A stretch of 53,804 nucleotides of DNA from Planctomycetota bacterium (GCA_044225365.1 JBGAIQ010000040.1:1-53804); one strand, 5' to 3'. Shown: positions 18,407-28,115, counted from the stretch's first letter. The notes: a model not told the origin generated them from the sequence alone. Program-made: numbers and translations.

Positions 18407-20629
18407 ATGACGAACAGCGGCCACGGCGGTGGGGAGGGGAGCGCCGGTCGAGACGATCCGATTTCACCGTCGGTTCAAGCGGCGCTCGACGAGTTCGTGC
18501 GACGACTCCTCACCGGTGAGCGACCTGATCCCAAGGAGTTCGCGGCGGGTTTCGATGCCCCGGACCGCGAGGAGATCGAACGCCGCGTCACCGCGTATCT
18601 CACGGATTGGAATGGAGTGTCGTCGCGCGATACGGTTCCGGCCGAAGGACTCTCCGCGACGGCGACGCAACGCTTCGGCGACTATCGGATCGTCGCCGAA
18701 CTCGGGCGCGGCGGAATGGGGGTCGTGTACCTCGCCTGGGACGAAGCATTGCAGCGCTCGGTGGCGCTCAAGATCCTGACGCGTGAACTCGCGCAGAATC
18801 CTCGGCGGCTCGCCCGCTTCGAGCGCGAGGCGACGGCGGCGGCGCGTCTCGAGCATCCCGGCATCGTGTCCGTCTACCGCGCGGGAGAGCAGGACGGCGA
18901 GCACTACATCGCGATGGAATACGTCGCCGGCAAGACGTTGAACGACTTGCTCAACGATGCGCGATACGGAGCGAGCCACCGCCCACAGAACGCCATCGAA
19001 CTCGATTCGAACGGGAAGCCCGAATCGCGACGGGTCGCCCGCATCGCTCTCGAGATCGCGGAGGCGCTTCACCACGCGCATTCGAACGGCGTCATCCATC
19101 GCGATGTGAAGCCGCAGAACGTTCTCGTCGACAACACCGGACGGATTCGACTCGCGGACTTCGGACTCGCGAAGGACACGACGGTCGACAGCATCTCCGT
19201 CGACGGGGAACTCGCAGGTTCGTACTTCTACATGAGTCCGGAACAGGCGTTGGCAGCGAGTTCCGAGATCGATGGACGCACGGACGTCTTCTCGCTCGGC
19301 GTCCTGCTCTACGAGATGCTGACGCTCGAGCGCCCGTTCACCGGCAAGACGCCTCAGGCGATCATGTATCAGATCTCGTTCCGCGAGCCGACGCCGATCG
19401 GCCGCTTCAACCGCCGCGCGGCGCGCGACCTCGTCGTCATTTGCGCGAAGGCGATGGAGAAGAAGCCGGCGGACCGATACGAATCCGCCGAGGCTATGGC
19501 GGACGATCTGCGTCGGTTCTTGGAAGATCGCCCGATCCTGGCGCGGCCGGCAGGAGTGGCGCGACGGCTATCGCGGTTCGTGCGGCACAATCATCGCGCG
19601 TTGTACGCCGCCGCGGCGGCGATGCTCGTGACGAGCGCGGCGATGGCCTACTGGTATCGCTCCGGACCGCCCCGGCCTCACCTCAGCGTTGCCGCGCCCA
19701 GCGGTGCGCGCGTGTCGATTCGAAGGATCGATCCGGAGACATTGATTCCCGGCCCGCTCACACCGCTCGGAGAAGCGCCCCTCCATGATGTCGCGGTCGA
19801 ACGCGGTTATTATCGGGTCGTGACCGAACTCGCGGGAAAGGGTTTCGCCGAGCAAGCGATATTGCTTTCGACCGATTCGCAAGAAGTCGAATTGAATCCC
19901 ATCCTACGAAACTCCGCGGAGATCGTCCGGGCGGGAATGGTATTGATTCCGGCTGGCCGCGCGATCGTGGGGCAGGAGGGCGCCACGGGATTCCTGAAGC
20001 GACACGAGGCGGAGTACAATGCGTTCTGGATCGACGCTTATGAAGTAACGAACGCCGAATATCGATCGTTCGTCAAGGCCACCGGACACCGTGAGCCCCG
20101 CCACTGGTCGCTGGGATATCGGCCCGAGTGGGACGATCTTCCCGTCTGTTGCGTCAATGCTCGTGACGCTCAGGAGTATGCCGCGTGGGCTGGCAAGCGG
20201 TTGCCCACGGTCGTCGAGTGGGAGCGGGCCGCGCGGGGACTGGAAGGGCGACTGCAGCTTCCCATTCCGAAGGACTTCAGCGACCCGGCATGTGCGACTT
20301 GGTTGCGCCGCCCGGCGAATCCTGAGAAGACCTTCGAAGAACGCGTTCGGACGTATTCGACCCTCGCTCTTTCCGTGCGCAGTTGCCCGGAATTGGCGAC
20401 CGAGGATGGTGTCTTCCACTTGTTCGGCAATGTTCAGGAGTGGACGGAGTCCCTGGACACCACGCTCGAGAATGGCGCTCTGCAGTGGCGCGCCCACGCA
20501 TATTACTTCAGGGGCGGATCTTTTTACCTTTCTCCGAATGAATGGACCCTCGCCGACGGTGGTACGTTCGAGTCGGAGAAGCCCCCAACCGATCTCGGGT
20601 TTCGCTGCGCGAAGAGCTTTGAACCGTGA
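18407..20629 (+). CDS. Ser/Thr protein kinase with TM helix and C-terminal FGE/SUMF1-like domain
   Basis: LGRGGMGVVY, VALK, HRDVKPQN, DFGLA, YMSPEQA; C-terminal YEVTNAEY, RLPTVVEWERAARG, GNVQEW, RGGSF, GFRC; GGAGGAG RBS. Confidence 0.92.
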   Translation: MTNSGHGGGEGSAGRDDPISPSVQAALDEFVRRLLTGERPDPKEFAAGFDAPDREEIERRVTAYLTDWNGVSSRDTVPAEGLSATATQRFGDYRIVAELGRGGMGVVYLAWDEALQRSVALKILTRELAQNPRRLARFEREATAAARLEHPGIVSVYRAGEQDGEHYIAMEYVAGKTLNDLLNDARYGASHRPQNAIELDSNGKPESRRVARIALEIAEALHHAHSNGVIHRDVKPQNVLVDNTGRIRLADFGLAKDTTVDSISVDGELAGSYFYMSPEQALAASSEIDGRTDVFSLGVLLYEMLTLERPFTGKTPQAIMYQISFREPTPIGRFNRRAARDLVVICAKAMEKKPADRYESAEAMADDLRRFLEDRPILARPAGVARRLSRFVRHNHRALYAAAAAMLVTSAAMAYWYRSGPPRPHLSVAAPSGARVSIRRIDPETLIPGPLTPLGEAPLHDVAVERGYYRVVTELAGKGFAEQAILLSTDSQEVELNPILRNSAEIVRAGMVLIPAGRAIVGQEGATGFLKRHEAEYNAFWIDAYEVTNAEYRSFVKATGHREPRHWSLGYRPEWDDLPVCCVNARDAQEYAAWAGKRLPTVVEWERAARGLEGRLQLPIPKDFSDPACATWLRRPANPEKTFEERVRTYSTLALSVRSCPELATEDGVFHLFGNVQEWTESLDTTLENGALQWRAHAYYFRGGSFYLSPNEWTLADGGTFESEKPPTDLGFRCAKSFEP

Positions 20630-20662
20630 GATCGTTTTCGTAATGAGTTACAGGAGTGACTC

Positions 20663-21277
20663 GTGAGTTTCACTAGAAGCACGAATCTGGGATATGAGTT
20701 TCCCGTTGGCTCGCCGTACTTCGAGATCGATGATATGCCGAAGAAAGCCGCGGTCGACAAGGACTTCATGGTGAAGATGGACGAGCTTTTTCCGCGCGTC
20801 GTCCGAATGCACTGGATGTTCGGCGTCATCGACAAGGAATATCAGAAGCGACAGGCCATCATCGATCTGATGAAAGAGCGATTGCGGGTTCTGGGGACTC
20901 TGACCGGGTTCGCTTTCGCGCTGACGGAGCCCGGATTCGTCTGTCGGTACATCATCATCGACGGCGAGCATCGATTGGTCTACACGGCCCCGTTCGCTTG
21001 GACGGACAAGAGCGGCATGAATGTCGTACTCAGAAGTTCGATCTTGGATCCGACGGGGAAGCCCTACGAGGCCACGCCGGTGATCAACGAGAGCTGGGAG
21101 CACGAGATCCCCGAGGACGTGTGTCGCACCAAGGACGGGCTTGCCTACTACCTGCACCTCAAGCGTGCGGAGGACGCAAAGAAATTCGGGATCCACGCCG
21201 GGACGTCTTCGCCCGGAGAATCCGAAGGCGTGGTGACTCCGCCCGAGGGAACTCCTCACGGAAGTCCGATGCTGTGA
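20663..21277 (+). CDS. Hypothetical protein
   Basis: 204-aa ORF with AGGAG RBS and protein-like composition directly after the kinase. Confidence 0.7.
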   Translation: MSFTRSTNLGYEFPVGSPYFEIDDMPKKAAVDKDFMVKMDELFPRVVRMHWMFGVIDKEYQKRQAIIDLMKERLRVLGTLTGFAFALTEPGFVCRYIIIDGEHRLVYTAPFAWTDKSGMNVVLRSSILDPTGKPYEATPVINESWEHEIPEDVCRTKDGLAYYLHLKRAEDAKKFGIHAGTSSPGESEGVVTPPEGTPHGSPML

Positions 21278-21300
21278 TTCAGACAGCGACGGATAAACCC

Positions 21301-21327
21301 TGAAACGATCCGCGCCGCGGCGACAAT
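21301..21327 (+). promoter_or_regulatory. Bipartite promoter-like motif, ECF fusion 4
   Basis: TGAAAC-N13-GCGACAAT-N7-GTG. Confidence 0.65.
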
Positions 21328-21334
21328 GAGCGTC

Positions 21335-24300
21335 GTGGATCACGACGACCTCACGCACTTGTTCCTTCGCTTCCGCGATCGCGCCGATTCCGACGCGCTC
21401 GCGGAAGTGTTCGATCGCGCGGCGCCCTCGTTGCTTCGTGTCGGCGCGCATCTCCTCGGCGATGCCATCGGGGCCGAGGACCTCGTCCAGCAGACGTTCA
21501 TCACCGCGATCGAGCGCGCGAAGACCTTTCGGCAGGACGCGCCGCTGCGGCCCTGGTTGTTCGGGATCCTGATCCGGCACGCTCGGAACGAGCGACGTCG
21601 GCGGGAGCGCGCTCGCCCGAGGTCCGCGCCGCCCGAGAACTCGCCGAGCGCATGCGACGACGCATCGAACGCCGAGCTTCGCCGCGAGATCGCATCCGCG
21701 CTCGACTCTCTCTCGGCGCCCTATCGCGAAGTCGTGACGGCGAGTCTGCTCGACGAGGCGAAGCCGCGGGAGATCGCGACGGGCCTGCATCGCGCTCCCG
21801 CGCTGGTGCGCCTGCAGTTGCATCGCGGAATGCAGTTCTTGCGCGATCTCTTGTCGCGCCGCGGCGCCCCCGCATGGATCGTCCTCGAGCCGACCCGAGG
21901 GGTGCGTGGGATCGCGTCGTTGCGACATGAAATCCTTCTGAACGCGCGTCACGCAGCATCGCCCGCAGCATGGAGTGCAAAGGTCGGCGCCGCGGGATCC
22001 GGACTATCTCTTGGGAGTTGGATCATGGGAAAGAAGGCGATCGTCGTGGGTAGCGCGTGCATCCTTGCGTTGTGCGCCGTGATCGCGGTGGAGGCACTGA
22101 GGTCGACGGCGGAGGCGAAGCCCATCGCGGTCGCCGCCATGCCCGTCGTCGCCACGCTAGCCCCGACGCCAGCTCCGGAGCCGGTCGTGGCGGCGCCCAT
22201 CGAGCGCACGATCGCGGTGGCGGATCCGCCGCGAGTCCTCGAGCCGCTCACCGACCAGGCATCGCGCGGAGATGGAGTGGTCGTCGGCCGTGTCGTGATC
22301 GGCGACTCCACCGAGGCCGTGGCCGATGCGCGAGTCGCGGCATGGGTGGGAATCGACACGGGGCGACCGACCTGCGAAGCGCTTACCGACTCCGAGGGTT
22401 CTTTCCGGCTCACGTCCGTCGACTTCCTCAGCACGGTCTTCCTGACGATCGATGCGGAGGGCTTCTCGACGCGCAGCGTCGGTCTCGACGAGGCCGCCCC
22501 GAATTCGACATCTCGCGATGGCGAGTTGAACCTCGGACTCCTTCGAATCGAGCGGGGTGAATCGGTCGAAGGGGTCGTTCGAGACTCGACCGGGGTTCCT
22601 GTTCGTGACGCGGAAGTGAGGATCGCCGATGCGTACGGTCCGGCTTCGACCTTCCTGCCGGCGGGAACACGACACGGCGCCGTCACGGACGCATCCGGTC
22701 GTTTCGAGATTCGCAACGTCGCTCCGACCAGGGAGAACAACCTCTGGAGGATCTACGCCGTCGCGAAGGGCGAGATCGGAGGCGTTCGGATTCGAGTGCC
22801 GCGGGGAATCGGGAGTGTGAAGGACTGCGAGATTCGCCTCTCGCCCGTTTCGTCCCTGAAGGTCCACGTCGCGAACGAGAATGGCGAGCCGATCGCTGGG
22901 GCCCAGGTGCAGGCCGAGCCGCGCTTCGAGCCGTGGATCGAGATGAGGTACTTGAATGGCAAGGGTCCGGAGCCGGTCCACGGGATGAAATTCGGCTCGC
23001 TCCCATCGATCTCCGGCCTGTTCACCGCAACGACCGATGCCCGCGGCAATGCCAGCCTTCCGCGATTGCCTAGCAGGCGGAACGATCTTTCCGGTGAGCA
23101 ACCCGCGCTCTACGACGTATTCGTTCGCGCCGAGGGTCGCCAGGACGGCGCTGCCGATGGAATTCCTCTCGAGGTGGGAAAAATCGGCGAGGCGGGAAAG
23201 GAGCGCGAAGTCACCATCGCTCTCGAGCCGCTCCAACTGCGGAGCATCGAGGGGACGATCACCGGATCCGACTCCCATCCTGTCGCCGATGCCACCGTCT
23301 ACTTGTCGCGCGTGGATGGTGGGAGGCGATGGCTTCGTTATCCGGACGCGAGGTCGGATGCATTGGGCCGCTTCCGATTCGATGGCATCGCCGCGCTGGG
23401 GGAGTTTCATGTAGGCACGCGGCCGATCGACTGTCTGCCGTTCAGTACGTCCGTCGAGATCTCCGCGAAGTCGCCGCTCACTCTGACGGTGGATCTTCGT
23501 GCACGGCGGTCGTACACGATACAAGGTCGACTCGTCGATCAGTTCGATCATGGCGTCCCCTACGCGATGCTCGAAGCCGACGATCCCGAAGCAAAGCCCG
23601 GCGTCTCGTCGACCATGACGAGAACGGGTCCGGACGGGAGCTTCGAACTATGGACGCCGCTGCCGGGGGAACAGACCATTCACGGAAGGCAGTTCGAATT
23701 TCCCGCGGGGCAATGGACCGACTCCGCGCCGAGTTGGACGGCGAAGGGCGGCGCGCGGAACGTGAAGCTGGTGGTACAGCGCGCAGCGAAGGGCGTGTGC
23801 GAGGTCACCGCGAACATCGTCGATGCGCTCGATGGTTCGAAGGTCGACGTGAAGAACGCATGGTTCGAGCCCGATCCTTCGGGCGATACCCGCGTTCAGG
23901 TTCGTCCAACGATCTCGATCGGTCGAGTCGTTGCCAACGAACTCGCGGCGGGCGCGTGGACGCTCCGTCTCGCGACGGCGGAGCATGCCCCGTTCGACTA
24001 CCGATTCACGATCGCTCCCGGGAGTCGAAGTGAACGATTCGATGTCGCCATCCCGCGGCCCGCGATCTTGCGGGTCCGTATTGCGCTGCCCGCCGGGAAG
24101 GAACGCGAGTGCTTCGTCGGTTCGAGCCGCGGGATCTGTCATGCGGATGGAGGCGAGGTGCGGGGTTTTCGAGTGAAGGCGGGGGAGACCACCTCGATGC
24201 TCGCCACTGCAGGGCCGGTCACGCTGACCGTCGAAGGCAGGCGCCTCCTCGCGGAGCCGCGTGTCGTCGAGGCGAAGGTGGGCGAGTCCTTCGAAGTCGT

Positions 24301-24610
24301 TCTCGACGCCACGGTCGGCGGGACCCTGCAGTCCGAAGGATTCAGCCAACTCGCGGCCGGCGTGGGAGCGTTCTACGCAGCTTCGGGAAATGGCGCGTAT
24401 CGGTTGTTGTGGACCAAGTCTCGCCAGGATGGCGACAAATACGAAATGGGTGGGACGGTGCCAGTCGGGGCGGGGAAATGGCGCTTCTGCTTCCTCGCGG
24501 GAGCGACGGATGCCGCGCCCGAGACGCTGCCCGTGTGGGCGGAAGGGGACTACAGCGTCGACATCGATCAGACGGCGAAGATCGCTCTTCCCAGCGCACC
24601 TCGTCGTTGA
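21335..24610 (+). CDS. ECF sigma-TM-beta-sandwich repeat fusion (paralog 4, divergent C-terminal region)
   Basis: AEDLVQQTFITAIERA, REIATGLHRAPALVRLQLHRGM, TM KKAIVVGSACILALCAVIAV, repeated G.V.D..G.PV..A.V...TDA.GRF. Confidence 0.85.
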   Translation: MDHDDLTHLFLRFRDRADSDALAEVFDRAAPSLLRVGAHLLGDAIGAEDLVQQTFITAIERAKTFRQDAPLRPWLFGILIRHARNERRRRERARPRSAPPENSPSACDDASNAELRREIASALDSLSAPYREVVTASLLDEAKPREIATGLHRAPALVRLQLHRGMQFLRDLLSRRGAPAWIVLEPTRGVRGIASLRHEILLNARHAASPAAWSAKVGAAGSGLSLGSWIMGKKAIVVGSACILALCAVIAVEALRSTAEAKPIAVAAMPVVATLAPTPAPEPVVAAPIERTIAVADPPRVLEPLTDQASRGDGVVVGRVVIGDSTEAVADARVAAWVGIDTGRPTCEALTDSEGSFRLTSVDFLSTVFLTIDAEGFSTRSVGLDEAAPNSTSRDGELNLGLLRIERGESVEGVVRDSTGVPVRDAEVRIADAYGPASTFLPAGTRHGAVTDASGRFEIRNVAPTRENNLWRIYAVAKGEIGGVRIRVPRGIGSVKDCEIRLSPVSSLKVHVANENGEPIAGAQVQAEPRFEPWIEMRYLNGKGPEPVHGMKFGSLPSISGLFTATTDARGNASLPRLPSRRNDLSGEQPALYDVFVRAEGRQDGAADGIPLEVGKIGEAGKEREVTIALEPLQLRSIEGTITGSDSHPVADATVYLSRVDGGRRWLRYPDARSDALGRFRFDGIAALGEFHVGTRPIDCLPFSTSVEISAKSPLTLTVDLRARRSYTIQGRLVDQFDHGVPYAMLEADDPEAKPGVSSTMTRTGPDGSFELWTPLPGEQTIHGRQFEFPAGQWTDSAPSWTAKGGARNVKLVVQRAAKGVCEVTANIVDALDGSKVDVKNAWFEPDPSGDTRVQVRPTISIGRVVANELAAGAWTLRLATAEHAPFDYRFTIAPGSRSERFDVAIPRPAILRVRIALPAGKERECFVGSSRGICHADGGEVRGFRVKAGETTSMLATAGPVTLTVEGRRLLAEPRVVEAKVGESFEVVLDATVGGTLQSEGFSQLAAGVGAFYAASGNGAYRLLWTKSRQDGDKYEMGGTVPVGAGKWRFCFLAGATDAAPETLPVWAEGDYSVDIDQTAKIALPSAPRR

Positions 24611-24650
24611 AGCGTCTCTCGCTCATTCAAGTGCAAGAGGGTCCGCGTCG

Positions 24651-25640
24651 TCAGCCGATCCTCGCCACGCGCACCACCTGCCGATCGTCGCGCAATGAGT
24701 CGGTCGGCTTCGTGTACGTGGTCTGCACCGCGCGCTCGACGATCGCGCCGGGCTTCATCGAAGGCTCGTCGGGCGGGTCGTCGATGAGCGACTTCATCGC
24801 GCCGTAGGTGCCGCAGCCGGAGATGCCGGCGGCGAGGATCGTGGTCACCTCCTCGGTCGTGCCGAGGGGACGATATGCGACGAACAGGATGCCGGCGTCG
24901 AGCGATTCGACGCCGCTGCCCTTGAAGTCGGCCTGCGCGATGACTTTGTTCTTCTCGACGTCGGCGACGCCCATCTTGTCGAAGCCGTCGACGCCGAGGA
25001 TGCTCTTGTGGAGGCGCTTGTCCTCGGCGAGGCGAAGGCGCGGCCCGCCGAGGTTTCCCTTCTTGCTGCGCAGGCCGCCGCGATAGAGGGCGCAGAGCGC
25101 TTCCTCGGCGACGGGATTGACCTTCGGTGAGCCGACGATGACGACGTTGCGCGTCTTCATGAGATCGAGGACTTGCTGGCGTTCGGCTTCGCCGAAGGCC
25201 TGCTTGCTGAAGCACAGCATCTCGTCGCGGATGTCGGGGACGTGACGGCGCAGGAACGACAGGAAATCCGACTGGGCACGGAAGTCCCAGAGGTCGAGCG
25301 TGGTGCGCAGTTGCGCGGTGCTCCGATCGGACTGGTCGGGCGAATGCACGACGTCGTGCGTGCCGAAGATGAACGTCACGGATTTGCGCGCCGAGAACGA
25401 CGAGATGAACTCGAGTTCGTCGTGCTGCAGAGTGAACAGCTCGGTGATATCGGTGATCGAGAGACGCGCGGCGAGGCGCTCGATCGTGTCGCGACGGATC
25501 TCACGGAAGTGGCCGCCGATGAGCTTCTCGAGCGTGCTCCGTGCGATGCCGGACTCCCGCGCGAACTCGATCGTGTTGCGACCTGACTTGCGAATGGCTC
25601 TCGCGACGTGACTGACGAGACGCATCGATTCCTCGAACAT
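24651..25640 (-). CDS. XRE/Cro-type HTH regulator with large alpha/beta C-terminal domain
   Basis: FARESGIARSTLEKL...IRRDTIERLAARL; C-terminal NVVIVGSPKVN, DAGILF, ILAAGISGCGTYGA; start set at ATG 25640. Confidence 0.75.
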   Translation of the reverse strand: MFEESMRLVSHVARAIRKSGRNTIEFARESGIARSTLEKLIGGHFREIRRDTIERLAARLSITDITELFTLQHDELEFISSFSARKSVTFIFGTHDVVHSPDQSDRSTAQLRTTLDLWDFRAQSDFLSFLRRHVPDIRDEMLCFSKQAFGEAERQQVLDLMKTRNVVIVGSPKVNPVAEEALCALYRGGLRSKKGNLGGPRLRLAEDKRLHKSILGVDGFDKMGVADVEKNKVIAQADFKGSGVESLDAGILFVAYRPLGTTEEVTTILAAGISGCGTYGAMKSLIDDPPDEPSMKPGAIVERAVQTTYTKPTDSLRDDRQVVRVARIG

Positions 25641-25712
25641 GGACCCGGAACGAACGACGTAGATGCGCGGCGGTGGCGTGCGAGGATAGCAAACGGCGAT
25701 AGGATCTCGCGC

Positions 25713-26753
25713 GTGGTGCCAGCGAGCGAACCTCTTCGTGGAGATGCGACCTGCGACGTCGTCGTGTTGGGCGGCGGTCTTGCGGGGCGGGGGGCCGCGA
25801 TCGCGCTCGCGGAGCGCGGCGCCGACGTCGTCGTCCTCGGGCTGCACGTCCGGAGCCGGCGGCTTTCCGGCAGCGGGCTCCTGCTCCGCGGGCTCTTCGG
25901 CGACGCTTCGGAATACCGTGAGAATATCGCGGGCCGCGACATCGATGCGCTCGACGCGATGGCGAAGGAGAACGCCGCGATCGTCACTCGACTCTGCGGC
26001 GTCATGACGAACGAATCGGGAGCGCCGACTCTCGTGAATGCCGCCGTACTGCGCGATGGCGCGAGTCCTCCCGCCGCGGAGGATCTCGTCGTCGACCTCC
26101 CGGCGTTCGGTCGCGGGCTCGACGAGAGGATGCGCATGCTCGGAATTCGGGTCGTCGAGGGCGAGCCCGTGATCGCACTCGACTCGAGTGCGATGGGCGT
26201 GGTGGCTTCCTCGAAGAGCGCGACGGTCCGCGCGTCGCGGGCCGTGCTCGCGCTCGGCGCGTGGCTCCCCGCGTTCGATCCCTGGGTCGCCGCGTGCGCG
26301 CGGGCGGGGCGGGCGCAGTACTGCGTCACGGCGCCGTACGCGCGCTCGGTCACACCGCGGGTCGTGCGAAACCGCGTCGAACTCGCTCAACACGGACGCG
26401 ACGGTTCGGGGCGTATCGTCGCGATCGAGGGCTCGGTGATCGCGGACCGTGGCGACGCCTTCGACGCCGCTCCGGATTCGATGGTCCAGGCGCGACTCGA
26501 GGAGGTGATCCTCGGTGCCGCGCCTGGCGCCACGATCGAGGAGCGCGGCGCGCTCCCCCGTCTCTACACCTGCGACGGGCTGCCGCTCGTCGGCCCGCAC
26601 CCGATGCGCGCGAGTTGCGTCCTCGTCGCGGGGTTCAACGGGTTCGATCTGTCGCTAGCGTTCGCCGCGGGTCGTATCGCCACGGATTGGATCGTCGACG
26701 GTCGCCCGAGAGACGATCGTTCGCTTCGATTCTCGCCACGTCGAATGCTATGA
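25713..26753 (+). CDS. FAD-dependent oxidoreductase (DAO/glycine oxidase-like)
   Basis: DVVVLGGGLAG, VLALGAW, TCDGLPLVGP, AGFNG, FSPRR; GTG 25713 lies 7 nt after TAGGAT. Confidence 0.82.
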   Translation: MVPASEPLRGDATCDVVVLGGGLAGRGAAIALAERGADVVVLGLHVRSRRLSGSGLLLRGLFGDASEYRENIAGRDIDALDAMAKENAAIVTRLCGVMTNESGAPTLVNAAVLRDGASPPAAEDLVVDLPAFGRGLDERMRMLGIRVVEGEPVIALDSSAMGVVASSKSATVRASRAVLALGAWLPAFDPWVAACARAGRAQYCVTAPYARSVTPRVVRNRVELAQHGRDGSGRIVAIEGSVIADRGDAFDAAPDSMVQARLEEVILGAAPGATIEERGALPRLYTCDGLPLVGPHPMRASCVLVAGFNGFDLSLAFAAGRIATDWIVDGRPRDDRSLRFSPRRML

Positions 26754-26769
26754 ATTCCCATGTCGTCGA

Positions 26770-27273
26770 TCAGCCCGGCGGCGGGTCGACGAGGCCGCAA
26801 CTCGCGCACTCGAATTCGGCGTAGAAGAAGTCCGACGACATTCCCTGCTTCGCGATCGCGTATTCATCGTGCGCACCGCACGAGATGCTCACGTTGTGGG
26901 AGTCCGGACGGTTCGCGACGTAGCCGCCCGACCATGTCAATCGCACCGCGCCCGACACCGGCACTTCGGTGAGCGTGCCAGAATAGTTCGCGATGTTGCA
27001 GTAGGAAGGGCTGCCGGCAATCGGAATCAAGGTCACCGAGAACGAGACCTGGCATTGCTGACTCGGTGCGCACTTGGAGCCGTCCCAGACGCACGTCCCG
27101 TTCGAGTGGGACGTGACCACGCACTGCGTGGTGAAGCACTCGTCGCTGCCGAGGGCCGTCGATGACGGGGTGTAGTAGAACGTACAGGGTCCGCAGATCG
27201 GGTCCGCGAACGCGGACACTGCGAGCATGTACGACAACGTAATGACGAGAAGGAGCCGGGTTCTGAAACTCAT
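26770..27273 (-). CDS. Small Cys-rich secreted protein
   Basis: Signal peptide MSFRTRLLLVITLSYMLAVSAFA, many Cys, AAAGGGGA RBS. Confidence 0.7.
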   Translation of the reverse strand: MSFRTRLLLVITLSYMLAVSAFADPICGPCTFYYTPSSTALGSDECFTTQCVVTSHSNGTCVWDGSKCAPSQQCQVSFSVTLIPIAGSPSYCNIANYSGTLTEVPVSGAVRLTWSGGYVANRPDSHNVSISCGAHDEYAIAKQGMSSDFFYAEFECASCGLVDPPPG

Positions 27274-27359
27274 GCTGAAATCCCCTTTGAGACAATAGGA
27301 CACTCTTGCCGCAAACCGGGTGAGGTCGCGAGCCGGCAGAGGGCTAGTTTTGCGGCGGG

Positions 27360-28115
27360 TTACTTCGAAGTCGGGTGCGAGTTTCCGGCTCGCTTTTCGA
27401 TGTAGTCTTGAATCGTTGCGATCGCCTTGCACTTCGCGTCGTAGAGCGCGAGCCGTGCGCGATCGTATTCGGGGTCGTCGCCCCAGTGATTCGCGTAGGT
27501 GTAGGTCTGTCCGCCCCGGGTCACGAGGCCCATCTCGACCTCGGGATCCTCGGATTGCGGAATCCGGTATCCTCTCGCATTCTCGCGGACGGCGACGGGC
27601 AGTCGTCCGAGATCGTACTGACGCGAGACGTAGTTCGAACGGGCGCTCTCGCGCGCGATTCCGGGCTCGATGAGGGTTCGGCTGAGGTCGCGTAACAAGT
27701 CGTCGAGATGCTTGGACGCCTCCCGATCGAGTTCGCGGTGGTGGGGATTCAAGGCGTCGTTCCCGAGGACCGTGGCAGCATCTTTCGCGCGCGTGCTGAA
27801 GTCCCACTCGACCCCGGGCAGGATCTCGCTCGGCGATCGCGGCGCCTTCTCCGCGGCGCTTTCCGGTCGACTCTCCGGTTTACTTTCCGGGATGTTCTCG
27901 GGGGACGCCGAGTCGAGTCGGGCGACTTCGATTCGAGTCGGGGCCGACGGTTCGAGCGCCGAGCTCGGCGAGGACATGCTCGCGGTCGCGCGAGGTTCGT
28001 CAGGCTCCCGATCCGAACTCCTGTATTCGACCTTCTGGAGCATCCAGAGGATCGGAACTGCACTCAGCATCGATACGGCCAATGCGATCTTCTTCATCGA
28101 TCGATGGTTCCTCAT
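27360..28115 (-). CDS. Hypothetical protein with N-terminal membrane anchor
   Basis: MKKIALAVSMLSAVPILWML followed by a Pro/Ser/Glu linker and a helical domain. Confidence 0.65.
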   Translation of the reverse strand: MRNHRSMKKIALAVSMLSAVPILWMLQKVEYRSSDREPDEPRATASMSSPSSALEPSAPTRIEVARLDSASPENIPESKPESRPESAAEKAPRSPSEILPGVEWDFSTRAKDAATVLGNDALNPHHRELDREASKHLDDLLRDLSRTLIEPGIARESARSNYVSRQYDLGRLPVAVRENARGYRIPQSEDPEVEMGLVTRGGQTYTYANHWGDDPEYDRARLALYDAKCKAIATIQDYIEKRAGNSHPTSK

